DNA of 64,000 nt from Octopus vulgaris. Taxonomy: Eukaryota. Every line of letters starts with the position of its first letter. The first letter of the stretch is position 1. The notes beneath the pieces are model-generated. The model was not told where the DNA came from, searched no databases, and was given only the letters and a program-made list of their open reading frames with translations. Positions 50,259 through 62,529 of the stretch are shown piece by piece. The translations under genes were made by a program, and so were the position numbers. The DNA lies in contig OX597822.1 in assembly GCA_951406725.2 (NCBI GenBank), positions 87,234,001 to 87,298,000 on the forward strand, given 5' to 3'.

Positions 50259-51947
50259 TAATCTGTAATCACCTAGAAGTAGTCCAGACAATATTTAATC
50301 TGTGATCTTATGTAAGCTCTGAATATTACTGTATGAGGTGAATAATTGAAACATTGTCTTATAATGCATCAACAGCATTTATACAATTGTTCTACATTTA
50401 ACATTTGTAAAATAAATGTTGTCGCTTTAAATTAGCATATTATAATTAATCCAATGACGACTAGATTTATGATAAACAATTGACAGGCAAAATAATAAGC
50501 TAATCTTAACACTATTGTAATTAGCAAGTTGCAACATACATTAATGCATTTAGATGCTGCCAGTCTTGTTGCCATAATTTCCTGTAATTCTACCCAAAAT
50601 GGGGGAGGAGCACATTAATTGTCTTTAGAAACTGAATATCTCAGCCTCACTTAGTAAGGAAAATGCACACACTAGGTACTATGAAGTAGTAGAGAACTTA
50701 CCTAGAAAATGTTTTAGTTAGACTTGAAGCATACATATTATATTATAAGTGTAAGATTACTAACTTAGCATCTTTCTTGCAAATTTCATTTCATAAAGTC
50801 TTTTAATCAAACTCATTATAACAGCAGTATTGGTTTTGTTGTTCAACTCCAGATCAAATTTGATCAACTAGACCTGTGATCAAAGGTGATTGTAGGGCTG
50901 TTAAGAAATTCAGATTGCCATCCTGTGGCTCTCACTTCAACCTGTAACCTATGGTCTTTGGCCATAACCTTGGATTGACCAGTACCTTGTTTAACATATC
51001 TTGAGTATCTAAACCCATAAGGCTCATATCTCTTCTAGTATAATTACAGACAATTTCTTCTATAAAGTGAGAGAGAAATCAATTCTAGCAAAGGAGCACT
51101 GCTTTATTTTTATTAACCCAGAAAGGATGAAAAGCGCAGATGATATTAGCAGGATTTGAAATAGGAGCAGAGAGAGAGCTGGAACAAATGTTGCCAAGTA
51201 TTCTGCTTACTATTGTAATGACTCACCCAATTTGACTTGTCACAGTTGTTAGAGCATCAGACAGAGTGTAAAAATTAGTCAGAAAAAAAAATAGCATGCC
51301 ATTGCTTTAGAAATTTGTGATAATTGTTCTGCACTGAGTTTCACATACTCCATCCTCTCACTGTCAGAAATTCAATGAACCAGGGATTAGCTCATTAACA
51401 ACTTGTAAACAATGACAATATTGCTCACCAATTGTGACATATAATCTCTATAAATTCAAATCTAGAAGCTGCAGCTATGAGGAGCTAGTCTTTTGGAGGT
51501 GGGGGTCTGTGCCCTCATTTTCCTGGGTGTGACGTTTTTTCAGATAGCAGGGGTAAAGTTGATGGGGATTTGCATATTATTTACAGCTGGTCAAGTAATC
51601 ATATTAAGGATCCTTTGTTGGTCTCTACTCTGGTAATGATGTCTCAATAGTAAGAATTACAAAGTAGAGACAATATTATTCCAGACTCATTCCTCATTGT
51701 TGCTAAAGTGTTAAAGTCAGATTTGCCTTCAAATTCTTCAAAGTAGAGGTAAAATATAAATTTGCCATACATTGGGAGAAAATTTGATTGAATAAATAAA
51801 TTTGCTTGTATCCACTCAAAATTAGTTTTTGTTGTTGTTGCTGCAGTTGCTGTTGCTGCTAGTAAGCAGAATAATTAAAGCATTAGAAAACATAACAATG
51901 ATGCTTTCAGTGAAACTATTAATTCTAGCTTGATTGCTTGTTTGTAG

Positions 51948-52227
51948 ATCCCTTACCCAGGACTAGAGGAAGATGAAGACTATGAAGATGGGAAATCGGA
52001 AGATGCTGAAATGCCGCATACTATTCACATTGAGCCAGTAATGACATACTCCCCCACCCCTACCATCTTGACCCTGCAGAATCTCCAGGAATGGGCCTGT
52101 AGAAAGTGGAAAAAACAACAGCAGGAACAGCACACTTCTAGTACAGATTCACCACTTCCACATTCTGAGAACAGTAGTAAACCATCCATGCCATCCTTAA
52201 GGGAAGTTGTAACCCAAGAGAAAAATG
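51948..52227 (+). CDS. PKD1L1: PKD1L1-like exon (cytoplasmic TM3-TM4 loop)
   Basis: tttgtAG / GTaaag; phase 0/1; open frame IPYPGLEEDEDYEDG...TQEKN. Confidence 0.8.
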
Positions 52228-52779
52228 GTAAAGATTTGTTATTTACAAAGTGACTTTTCAAAAATGTTTCTTATTTTATGATGTTTCATATGAAACAGGC
52301 TTCTAAATTCTAGATTTACTAAACAATAAATGCATACACTATGTATACACACACACGCATAGAAACACAAATATTCAGGTTGACTCACAAATACACTTAC
52401 TTGAATATACACAACATATTTACACAAATGTGCGTTTTCTCTTATTTGCACGGCACATGTTTGTATCCAAATCGCTCCTATTTATGTCTACAAACATAGA
52501 TGCATTCATACAAACATGGGTGCTTATTGACATGACATTCCACTGAACATTTCTGTAACAGGAAGGAAGAGGAGGTGGTTTGTTATTACATTGTCTCTTC
52601 ACACTATTAGGATCCACTGTGAAAGCCAAAGTGATATGAAAGTCATCAATTCTTTGGCTGCTTTTCACTTACAGTGTGTTAAGTAGTAGTGTATTAAGGT
52701 AAGGGATTAAGGTAGTGGATTAGGGTAGTGGATTAAGATAATGGATTAAAATAATAGTACAGTTGAATAATAGTAAGGT

Positions 52780-53655
52780 TATCAGAGAAGGTAGGGTTTG
52801 TATGTGGAAGATGCATAGGAGCCATGAAAACTGTAGATACTCAGGAAATTGATTTCTCAAATGTCCCAGAGACTCCTTTCTACTACCTAGGGGACCTAAT
52901 TAGCTGTGGGGAAGGATGAATGGAGAGTGTAATTACTCGAATAAGAATAGGATGGAGAAAATTCAGAGAGCTTTCATCTCTGTTGGCATCTAAAGGTCTC
53001 TCTTTCTCTGAGTGAAATGAAGATTGTATGATGTATGCATACAAACAGTAATACAACATGGTAATGAGAAGTGAGGTTCTGAATGCAGAGGACATGTGGG
53101 AGCTATGAAGCTGGTATGCGCTGCCGGATGTGCTGCAATGTCAGTGTACATGTGCAACAGAGCATTGCTAGTGTAGTGAGAGAAAAGTTGGGTATACGAG
53201 GAATTAGATGCAATGTGTAAGAGAGAAGACTGTTGGTTTGGTCATGTGATTTGTATGAAACTTGTGGAAGATAGGGGCACAAGAGGACATGGGATGAAGT
53301 ATTGAAGGCCAATCTCAAGACACTGAGCCTTACAAAGGAGATGACTGAGGGTTGAGATATCTGGCACATGGCTGTACTCAAGATGACCCATCTGCCACAG
53401 AAGGATTGATACTGGTGCTGGTGTCATATATAAAGCACTCGGTACACTTTGTGGTGGAGTTGGCATTAGGAAAGGCATCCAGCCATAGACACCATGCCAG
53501 AAAAGACAATGGAGCCTGCTGCAGCCCCTGTCCTTAGCATCTGCAGTCAAACCTTCCACTCTATGTTGCATATAAAATGGACATTAAATGGTGGTGGTGG
53601 TGGTGGTGGTGGTGGTGGTGATGATGGTGATGGTGATGATGATGATGATGATGAT
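52780..53655 (+). mobile_element. RTE-PHD LINE 3' fragment with (GGT)/(GAT)n tail
   Basis: VCGRC, YLGD..SCG, IRIGWRKFREL motifs and the shared 3' UTR core. Confidence 0.75.
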
Positions 53656-53768
53656 AAAAGTAGCATATTAGGGTAGTGAATTAAGATTGTGAATTAGGGT
53701 AATGTGTCAAGGTAGTGGATTAGGGTGATGGATTAGAGTAGTGGATTAAGGTAGTGTATTACAGTAAT

Positions 53769-54118
53769 GGCGCATGGTTCAGTGGTTAGAGCATCGATCT
53801 TACGATAGTGAGGTTGTGAGTTTGAATCCCGGACCGGGCTGCGTATTGTGTTCTTGAGCAAGACACTTTATTTCACGTTGCTCCAGTTCACTCAGCTGTA
53901 GAAATGAGTTGCGATATCACAGGTGCCAAGCTGTATCGGCCTTTGCCTTTCCCTTGGATAATATCGGTGGCGTAGAGAGAGGAAGCTGGTATGCATGGGC
54001 AACTGCTGGTCTTCCACAAACAACCTTGCCCGGACTTGTGCCTCGGAGGGTAACTTTCTAGGTGCAATCCCATGGTCTGTGTCATGACCAAAGGGGGTCT
54101 CAGATTCTCTCTCAGATA
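53769..54118 (+). mobile_element. tRNA-derived SINE, family D, with a Deu/Nin-like central domain
   Basis: A box TGGTTCAGTGG, B box GTTTGAATCC, core gtgttcttgagcaagacactt..cactcagctgtagaaatgagt; TSD acagtaatgg at 53761 and 54119. Confidence 0.8.
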
Positions 54119-55227
54119 ACAGTAATGGATTAAGGTAGTGTGTTAGAGTAGTGGATGATGACAAAAAGCTCTGGAATATTTAGATACATCCTTTTGTGTT
54201 GTGGGTTCATGAACTGCTTGGATAAATTTTGCCTTCTTCCCTTATGAGATCAATGAAACTATCAACCTAACAGCTACTGGAGCCAGCCTAATTGACTGTG
54301 CCTGGCCCTAGAATGTATAGCCTTGTGTTAAATGTTGTTGTTATCATGTATTGGAAAGAATTGGCTGCTGTTTGTAAATCCTCATTCAACTAAACCTTCA
54401 ACTGATTTAAAATCACAGTTGAACTAGTTCAGTTTAGTTTGCTAACATTCTTGTGAAGAGCATTTATACCATCTACTATAATAATAATGCGCTTGTGTTT
54501 TTCTCTGTCACAACATATGAATGAGAAAGGTGATAGGTGAATAAGGAAGAAAGCAGTGATGGCAAACTGGTAGTGGGAGCGTTTCAACTCTGTGTGAGTA
54601 TATGTGTGTGTATGTAAAAGGGAGATATGTGAATGTTTGTGTGTGTGTGTGTGCAATGGAAGTGGGATGGTGAACATTCAATGTTGAAAAGAAAAATCAA
54701 ACAGCGTTTCAACTCTGTGTGAGTATATATGTGTATGTGTGTGCATGTACAAGGAAAGTTTGTGAACGTTTGTATGTGTGAACCAGTGTTCTTTCAGTAA
54801 CAAATGATGATTGATGTCACATCTCAAAAGACAACCACTAGATCACATTGACAAGTGTATTAATTTGATTTACGATCCATATTTATATATATAATACTAC
54901 AATTAGCTGTCATTTTTTATGACACGGAGCCAACTAGTTATGTAATAAAACATTATACAAATGTGCTAATGGGTCTGCTAGAAATAGCAGCCAATTCTTT
55001 TTGTCACATTCTACCATCTTAAATAAGAAATATAAAAAACAGTGTAGCAACTGGTATACCAAAAGGTGGGACAGTTATGGCGGGAACACTTTTAATCATA
55101 GCTCTAGTCACTTAGGCCAAACAACGTCTTAAACCTTTGCCATTATTCTTGTCTGTAGTGCATAGTATGTCTAAGCTATCAGGTTTAAAAGTCTACTGTG
55201 AGATTTTGTAAACTTTCTCTTTCATAG

Positions 55228-55380
55228 ATATTTCAGAAAACGATGAGGCAGATCAGGTATCCAGTGGCTTTGAAGATTTTAACAGCCAATATCACAGATC
55301 AATGTTGTCAGCTGATTTACTCAATATGAACACCAAACTTGACTTGGATTCCGATCAGTCAAATGATTTGCTTAATAAAG
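55228..55380 (+). CDS. PKD1L1: PKD1L1-like exon (loop): DISENDEADQVSSGFEDF...DLLNK
   Basis: tctttcatAG / GTaaga; phase 1/1. Confidence 0.8.
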
Positions 55381-55659
55381 GTAAGAGATTTCACTCGTAT
55401 CAATTTAATTTTGTTATTCTAAGATTTTGTCAGCTTTGAAAGTATGAAATTTTACTGGATACCAGTATGATCACTGAGTATGACCATGGGATTATTAAGT
55501 TTGCTTGTGGTTTAATGTCCAATTGCACTGTGTAGCATCTTGCAGAAGATTTTTTTTTATGTTTTATCACAAGCCTGAAGATGACAGATGTTTTCTGAAT
55601 GAATTTTGCCTGATAGAAACTATGCACAAAAGTCCATTGTAAATGTGTGTGTTGACCTT

Positions 55660-56232
55660 GAATTCTGCTGTGCATGTGCACCAAGTTTTAATGTTCTGCT
55701 GTTTACAGCAGTGCTTGGAAGGAAGGTGTGTAACATGTGATTGTTGCATTGACCATGACAAAGAATGCTGAGCAGAGAATCTGCATCAAACTTTGCCAAA
55801 CGCTTGGCGATACCTGCTCAGAGGCCTATGCAAAGTTTTCAGAAAGTCTTCATCATTCTCACCACAATCAAGGAGATCTTGTGCAACAGAAACCTGAGTG
55901 TCTTTTTGGTCAGCTGGCATTTTTCCGGCCACCTTGAAAACGTTTGACCCACTCATACACTTGTGTGCAGCTCATACACTCCTCTTACACTTTCTGCAAC
56001 TTTGTGTAGGCCTCTAAGCAGGTATTGCCATGACAACTTTGTCATGGTCAATGCAACGATCACATGCTACACACCTTTCTTCCCAGCACTGCTGTAAACA
56101 GCAGAAGTGAGCTAGAGTGTTAAGACTTAGTGCACATGCACAGCAGAGTTCACAGTCAATCTTTGCTAAGCGGCTTCACTCTGTCTGCTTTAGCTTCGTT
56201 ACTAAGGCAACAGTCCGGATACTTATTGATCA
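55660..56232. mobile_element. Palindromic mariner-derived MITE
   Basis: ~200-bp imperfect inverted arms containing the transposase start (EQRICIKLCQTLG). Confidence 0.75.
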
Positions 56233-56537
56233 TATATATGTATCTTTTATTCATTTAAAAAATTTTTCATATAGCATAAATTCTCTAATTTATTGGAGAC
56301 AAAACATGAGATTGTAATGTGATGCTTGTACCTTTCTAAAAACATGAAACTCTCACATATTCGACACATTGGCAGCTTACAGATTACTTTAGGAATACTA
56401 TGCTGGCAGCATATAAATCTATAGCTATTTAATTTCCACTCTTTACAAAGTTAGAACAATCTGTGCAGTACATAATGTCATAACTTGCTCCTTGTTCTTA
56501 GCTGTCTTATTAACAATGTATTGTTTCTATGAAACAG

Positions 56538-56703
56538 ACTTCAGTTCACAGAAAATAAAACTTCTCCAAAAACCAGAAGGCCCCAATGTCTCACGTCAGT
56601 CAAAACGCTTGTTCCTTCCTGTCTATTGCCGCTGGATAGACTATGGTCTCTGCCTTCTGCTCACCCTTGTATGTGCAGCTGTTGTTATGTTTTTTGGACT
56701 TAG
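56538..56703 (+). CDS. PKD1L1: PKD1L1-like exon (TM4): ...KRLFLPVYCRWIDYGLCLLLTLVCAAVVMFFGL
   Basis: aaacAG / GTaaga; LP..C.... TM4 motif; phase 1/2. Confidence 0.9.
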
Positions 56704-59354
56704 GTAAGAATATTTTTTATAGCTTTTGGTACTTGTTTAGATTTACTTTTTGAGAGACTGTGTTTGGTTTGGTTTTTCATTTTTTATTTCTCTCTGTTTC
56801 TCAGCTAAATTATCTTAACTACTAATACAACCATCATCATGATTATTGTTCAGTATTTTGTTAAAGTCTGTGGGGAAGTTTTGATAGGAGATGGATTATT
56901 TGGTCTAGTTGTGTGCTGCTCCCAAATAATCAAATTCTAATATTTAGATTTTATTAACATGTTTATTTACAGATTGATGTTACAATTGTTACTTTACAGA
57001 AAGTTTTTCTTTTAAAACATCAGTGGCTAGTGTATGAGAATGTCTACTTGGCAAGAGGAGAAAATGTTATGTGTTTGTGCTTGGTAAGAGGTAGGAGTGG
57101 TGTAGTTACTGGTTAACCAAGCAAAAACCTCTACAAGTCCTCTGGAATCCTCCACCTTGTATTTCCTGCATACCTCAATTTATAAGCATAATTTGGCTCA
57201 AAATTACATGGAATTTGTCATTATTCTTAACACAACACAAATGTACCATCACAATGATGAGCTGAAATATGGTTGAAGATCACCTGATAAGGACAGTCAC
57301 TACCAAATATGGCAACTTGAAATGCTGTGGCCTTTTCTCTTAACTGAGTCTTACAACAAGACAGTCTCTATATTTACATACAATGTAGAAGCTTGCCCAC
57401 TTGCTAACAAATTAATTGTTCTCTTTACCTGGAAATGCTCAATGTGTGTGTGGTGGGGTTCCTCTCTTTGCTTTTCTTTCTATCCTTTAATTCCTTCTCT
57501 CATGCCTTCTTTTTTCCCCAATACTTTCTTTATCTTGAAATACATGAATTCTTCCCTTTTGAACCAATTTTAGCCCAATTTTATGCATCTATCAACAAAA
57601 TATCTATTTTTGTCTCTAATTTAGTTAGATGCTGATTATTATTATTATCTACTAATACCAACATTTTGCATGTATTTAGACATAGTTTGATGCAAATGTA
57701 TTTGGTGTACAGCCATATTTTGAACAAAGTTTATCTTCAAAATTATTCTATCTTCAAAATAAAATTTGTCCTTTCTCAACAATCACAAGGGACTGTTCAT
57801 CATAGTTCTTTGTGGTTGTAGCCCTGCAAGAGGCTCAACATGTCATCTATTAACGAAGCAGTCTTAATTGCACTCTGCTTCTCTGCATTTTACTCTCATG
57901 TCATATATTTATTTCTTTACTACCCACAAGGGGCTAAACACAGAGGGGACAAACAAGGACAGACAATGGGATTAAGTCGATTACATCGACGTCAGTGCGT
58001 AACTGGTACTTAATTTATCAACCCCAATAGGATGAAAGGCAAAGTCGACCTCGGCGGAATTTGAACTCGGAACGTAACGACAGATGAAATATGGCTACGC
58101 ATTTCGCCCGGCATGCTAACGTTTCTGCCAGCTCGCCACCTTCTCTCGTGTCATATATTGGCAATCTTTCAACTGATTGCGGATGATATTTCCCTCTTAT
58201 TTGTTGTAATATTTTGTAGCCTAAGCTGCAACTTTGTTTGAACAAACCAAATTGCCAGCATTGTGAACGGGATATTTACTAGAGTGCTCTACTATCTGTT
58301 CTGTTTTTTTTTTTTCTACATATGTTTATATCTGTGTTGGCTTGTTTACTTTAATTGCAGCATTCCAAAATGCATTTGGTCTTCTAAATCCTATGTCATT
58401 TTTTAATTTTCTTCCAGTGTCTGCATGATCTGATGTGACTGTTAATTGGTCATCACCTGATTGTTAATTGAATTGCATGCCTGTATGCAAGACGTCTGTT
58501 AGCATGTACTTTTAAAACTGATTGCATGAATTATCCAAATTTTATGACACCTAAACTTTTAACATCACTAATAATATTCATGAGTTTAAAAGTCTTGGCT
58601 TGTTGAACAACTTATAAGCAATGGCTTTCAATGATGCAAAAGGTAAGTAAATGACTGTTAACTCTTAGAACAATAACTCGCATCCATTTACATGAAAATA
58701 GGAAAGACACTTTTATTGTTAGCATGGCAAACATCATTCATTGGTATAAGAATATTTTCTGCAAAGTGTAACTATTGTCATTTACTTAAAGGTGAATTCT
58801 AGTCTGTAAACTTCCTCATTACCCAATTTAACCTGGCCCTTGGGTGCCTTTTGCTGAGTCTACTCTATTGCAAGTATCTGGACTAGATCTCCAGTCAAGG
58901 GATACCTTCCTCCCTTACACCTACCAGTCTCAAAGGCCCTTCAAAAAATTAAATAAAAAAGGCATGAGCACTGTTTTTCCTCTACTATAGGGACTACACT
59001 ACAAAACAGTTTTTTTAATGTAACAATCAGCCACTAACATAACCGGTAAGCATGTGCCAAAGAAATTGAAAATATTTGACTCAAATTTACTGAGACAAAA
59101 CTCTGCTATAAAGTATTTTTTTGTTGGTCATCAAATCTTTATTACTAACATGGTGTGCCAACATTTTGGTTTTAACACAGCCTTTGTTAGAGAGTTTGTT
59201 GAGGATGGTGTAACTGCTGCTGTTGCTGTTGCTACTACTACAACTACTACCACTACTACATAAGATGTTATACTGAACATTTTCAATTTACTAAGTCAAA
59301 ATTTTCTGATATTTTTTTTTTTAAGTTTGAAATTTTTTTTCTTTTTCTTTCTAG

Positions 59355-59439
59355 ATTTGGTCATACTAAATGTATGATGTGGTTGCAATCAGTTTACTTC
59401 AGTCTTACAACTTGTGTCTTCATCACACATCCTCTCTGT
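59355..59439 (+). CDS. PKD1L1: PKD1L1-like exon (TM5): RFGHTKCMMWLQSVYFSLTTCVFITHPLC
   Basis: ctttctAG / GTaagt; FG..K...WL.S...S......P motif. Confidence 0.92.
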
Positions 59440-59740
59440 GTAAGTATTTGTCTTCTCATAAAATTGCAGTATAACATCCTCATCCATGTCCTCATCATCA
59501 CCTCTGATTTATTGTTTACATTGCCAAACTGCCATTTCTTGCTTTCTCCTTTCATCACACTATCCTTCAGTTTAAAGCTTCTTCTGTCGTTTCTCGTAAT
59601 CTCTTGAAAACCTTAATCCTGCTATGGTTAGCATTTTACTTCTCATTCTATCACTGTCACATCCTCTTTGTCAGGTATGATCCCTTTCACAATCTCTTTC
59701 ACTTTTCTATACTTCAAACATCTGTTCACTTTCCATTCAG

Positions 59741-59878
59741 ATCTTCATCATTACAGTCTACAATGCCTACAACTACCGTTCAAATCCAGCAATATTTGAC
59801 CATTATGATGATGGTTTTTATGGAGAGAAACCAGAATACAAGAAAAGAAAACAACCAGTATGTTGTGAAGAATGCAAG
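59741..59878 (+). CDS. PKD1L1: PKD1L1-like exon: IFIITVYNAYNYRSNPAIFDHYDDG...VCCEECK
   Basis: ttccattcAG / GTaaag (alternative in-frame donor GTatgt at 59858); phase 0/0. Confidence 0.8.
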
Positions 59879-60714
59879 GTAAAGTAACTTTCATCTTGAA
59901 ACTAGAAATATAAAATGTTGACCAGCCCTGATGCTGGGACTGAACCTCATCAAATTTCCATTTCTCTTGATCTTTGTCATGCACGCAATGGACAGTTAAA
60001 TTCCTATTATGTAACTGAGAATTTTAGAGACCTCTTCTAGAAGGTGGGTTCTAGAAAAGATTTATAACCTCGTTTTGCTTTATTTGTATTTATTTCAATT
60101 TTTCTTGAGTTTTATAAATATATTATTATACTGTAATTTAATCATATAGAAATTATTTTATAACATGAATTTATAACTTCTTATTATGTTCGTTATTATG
60201 TTTCAATAATGACTTTATGCTTTTAGTTCTGATAAACTTATACTCAAATCTGGAATTAAATTCTCATGAACTTTCAGCTGTGTTGAAACTTTCACTTTTA
60301 CGAGAAACTTTGATAGTTAAGTGAGATGTGATCAGGGTAGAGAATATTGGAACAGCTGAGGGATACTTAGTTGTCCAGAAGACAGTTCTAAATATAAAAA
60401 GGAAATATTTTAGAGATTTAAAAACCACACTCGATATCAAAGAAAGTTTATTTTTATAGTTCATTTAATAGCAATAAGTAGTTCTACAAAGTAAGTTAGA
60501 GATTTTTGTTGCTGTTTGGTTTGATTAGTTGTTGTGTGATTAGTGTGTGACTGTCTGTTACCTCAAACATGATTTTCTTCCTTTATGTCCAGAACTATTC
60601 AACACCAAAAGTGGTAATAAGTACTTAATATGAGTTTGTGTACAAAGAAAATCCCTATTATTTAGTTCTGTTTAAACTCATTGTTAAGTCTGACTATTTC
60701 TCTCCATGTGTAAA

Positions 60715-61511
60715 TCTATATATATATAAAACTCAACTTCTGTGTGTGTCAGTGTGTTTAACTTCCCAGCACATCTCCTCCTAGCCAACAAATCATAGAA
60801 CCACCAAAAATGGGTCACTTAAAGTTTAGGCGAATGAAAATTGAACTGCGCTATTTCTGTTCCGAAATTCATCTCGCAAGTGCAAAAATCGATAATGTGT
60901 TTGTTTAGGCCTTATCCCATGCATTGAATAGTGAACTTTACTCAGTCAGCTGTTTGACATGAACTGTGTTCACCACACATGCAAGCATGCGTAAATTGCA
61001 TGAAAAATAAAAAATAAAAATATAAAAACAAATCACTGTAAACATTGTAGAAATTCGGCAAAGAAATGAATTTTCAGGATGTAGCCTGGAGGGTTTTTTC
61101 GTATTAATCGTTTGGTCTTTGTGAACACATACCAATTGTTTTCATAACATTTTTAACGCTTTGAATTAAATGTGACCATTTTGCATTGAGTCTGCAGTTT
61201 GAATCACTTTAACCAAATTTTAGCAGGCCGGATTTTTGATCATCACGATACATCGCCAGCAACTCTCTGAAATCCCCGTTGAGAAATACTGATCTAAAAG
61301 AATAATTCAACAATGCAATTATTTGATCAACAAAAATTTATGAAACGCTTCTACATACTTCCTATTGAAGAAATGGAACACATAAGCGCAAAAATAGAGG
61401 GCATTAAATGCTTGATTTTAAAACCAAAATAATTGAATTTTGATTGAACTTCATCCAAGTTTAGCTTAATTCACGCATGCATAGAACGCACGAGCTGGGC
61501 AATACTGCTAG
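60715..61511 (+). mobile_element. Non-autonomous Helitron, related termini to 49955..50258
   Basis: 5' TCtatatatatataaaactc ... gggcaatactgCTAG 3'. Confidence 0.75.
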
Positions 61512-62024
61512 TAATGTATAAAGTGTTTGAAACTGTTTTTTGATTTTAAAACGTATTCTAAGTTTTCTATAAATTATTTTCTTATCTTTTTTGATCTTTT
61601 ACTTTTTTTCATTCATTAAACTGTGACCATGCTGGGGGCACTGCCTTGGAGAATTTTTTAGCTGAATCAATTAACCCAGTTCTTATTTTTTTAAACTTGG
61701 TACTTAATTCTATCGGTGTCTTTTGCTGAACTGCTAAATTATGGGGTTGTAAACACACCAGCAGCAGTTGTCAAGTGGTGGTAGGCAACAAGCATAGACA
61801 CAAACACACACACACTCACATATGATAGGCTTCTTTCAGTTTCTGCCTACCAAAGCTATAGTAAAAGACACTTTTCCAAGGTGCCATGCAGTAGGACTGA
61901 ACACAGAATGATGTGGTTGTGAGGCAAGCTTCTTACCACACAGCCATACCAGTCTCTTTTCTTTTTTTTTTAACATAATTCCTCACTACACCAGTTCACC
62001 AGGATATTATTTTATTTCTCACAG

Positions 62025-62143
62025 GAATTTGCTGCTCGTCAACGATCACGACACCTGCGATTTTCAAGGCCACCCCAGAAAAAGCAGTTGTTAAATTCCA
62101 GTAAAAAGTCTATTAAAGAAAGGAAATCATATTCCTTTTTCAG
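62025..62143 (+). CDS. PKD1L1: PKD1L1-like exon: EFAARQRSRHLRFSRPPQKKQLLNSSKKSIKERKSYSFFR
   Basis: tttctcacAG / GTaaaa; pre-TM6 helix, resembles PKD1L1 AARQ.ARHLR...PP (recalled). Confidence 0.9.
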
Positions 62144-62468
62144 GTAAAATTTTTGGTAACTAACACTTTCCTTCTAGTTAATTGATGACCCTGTTAGTAC
62201 TGATGCTACGTAAAAAGCACTGGTGCTGGTGTCATGTAAAAAGCAGCAGTGCCAGTGGCACATAAGAAGCACCCAGTACACTCTGTAAAGTGGTTGGTAT
62301 TAGGAAGGGCATCCAGCCATAGAAACCATGCTAACACAGACAAGGGAGCTTAGTGCAGCTCCCAATCTTACCAGCTCCTGTCAAACTGTCCAACCCATGC
62401 CAGCAGGTAAAACAGATTTTAAATGATGATGATGATGGTGTTGATGATGATGATGATGATGATGGTGT

Positions 62469-62503
<35 letters not shown>

Positions 62504-62529
62504 GTGATTATTATAATTATTATTATTAG

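Larger units (their letters stand above)
52680..54157. repeat. 13-bp minisatellite (GGTAGTGGATTA[A/G])n split into three blocks by TE insertions
   Basis: Blocks at ~52680..52770, 53668..53770 and 54119..54157. Confidence 0.7.

Noticed and set aside
60227-60490. Possible exon ending at strong donor GTAAGT (60491)
   Set aside because: Stop codons in the required frame from the candidate acceptor; cannot support it.
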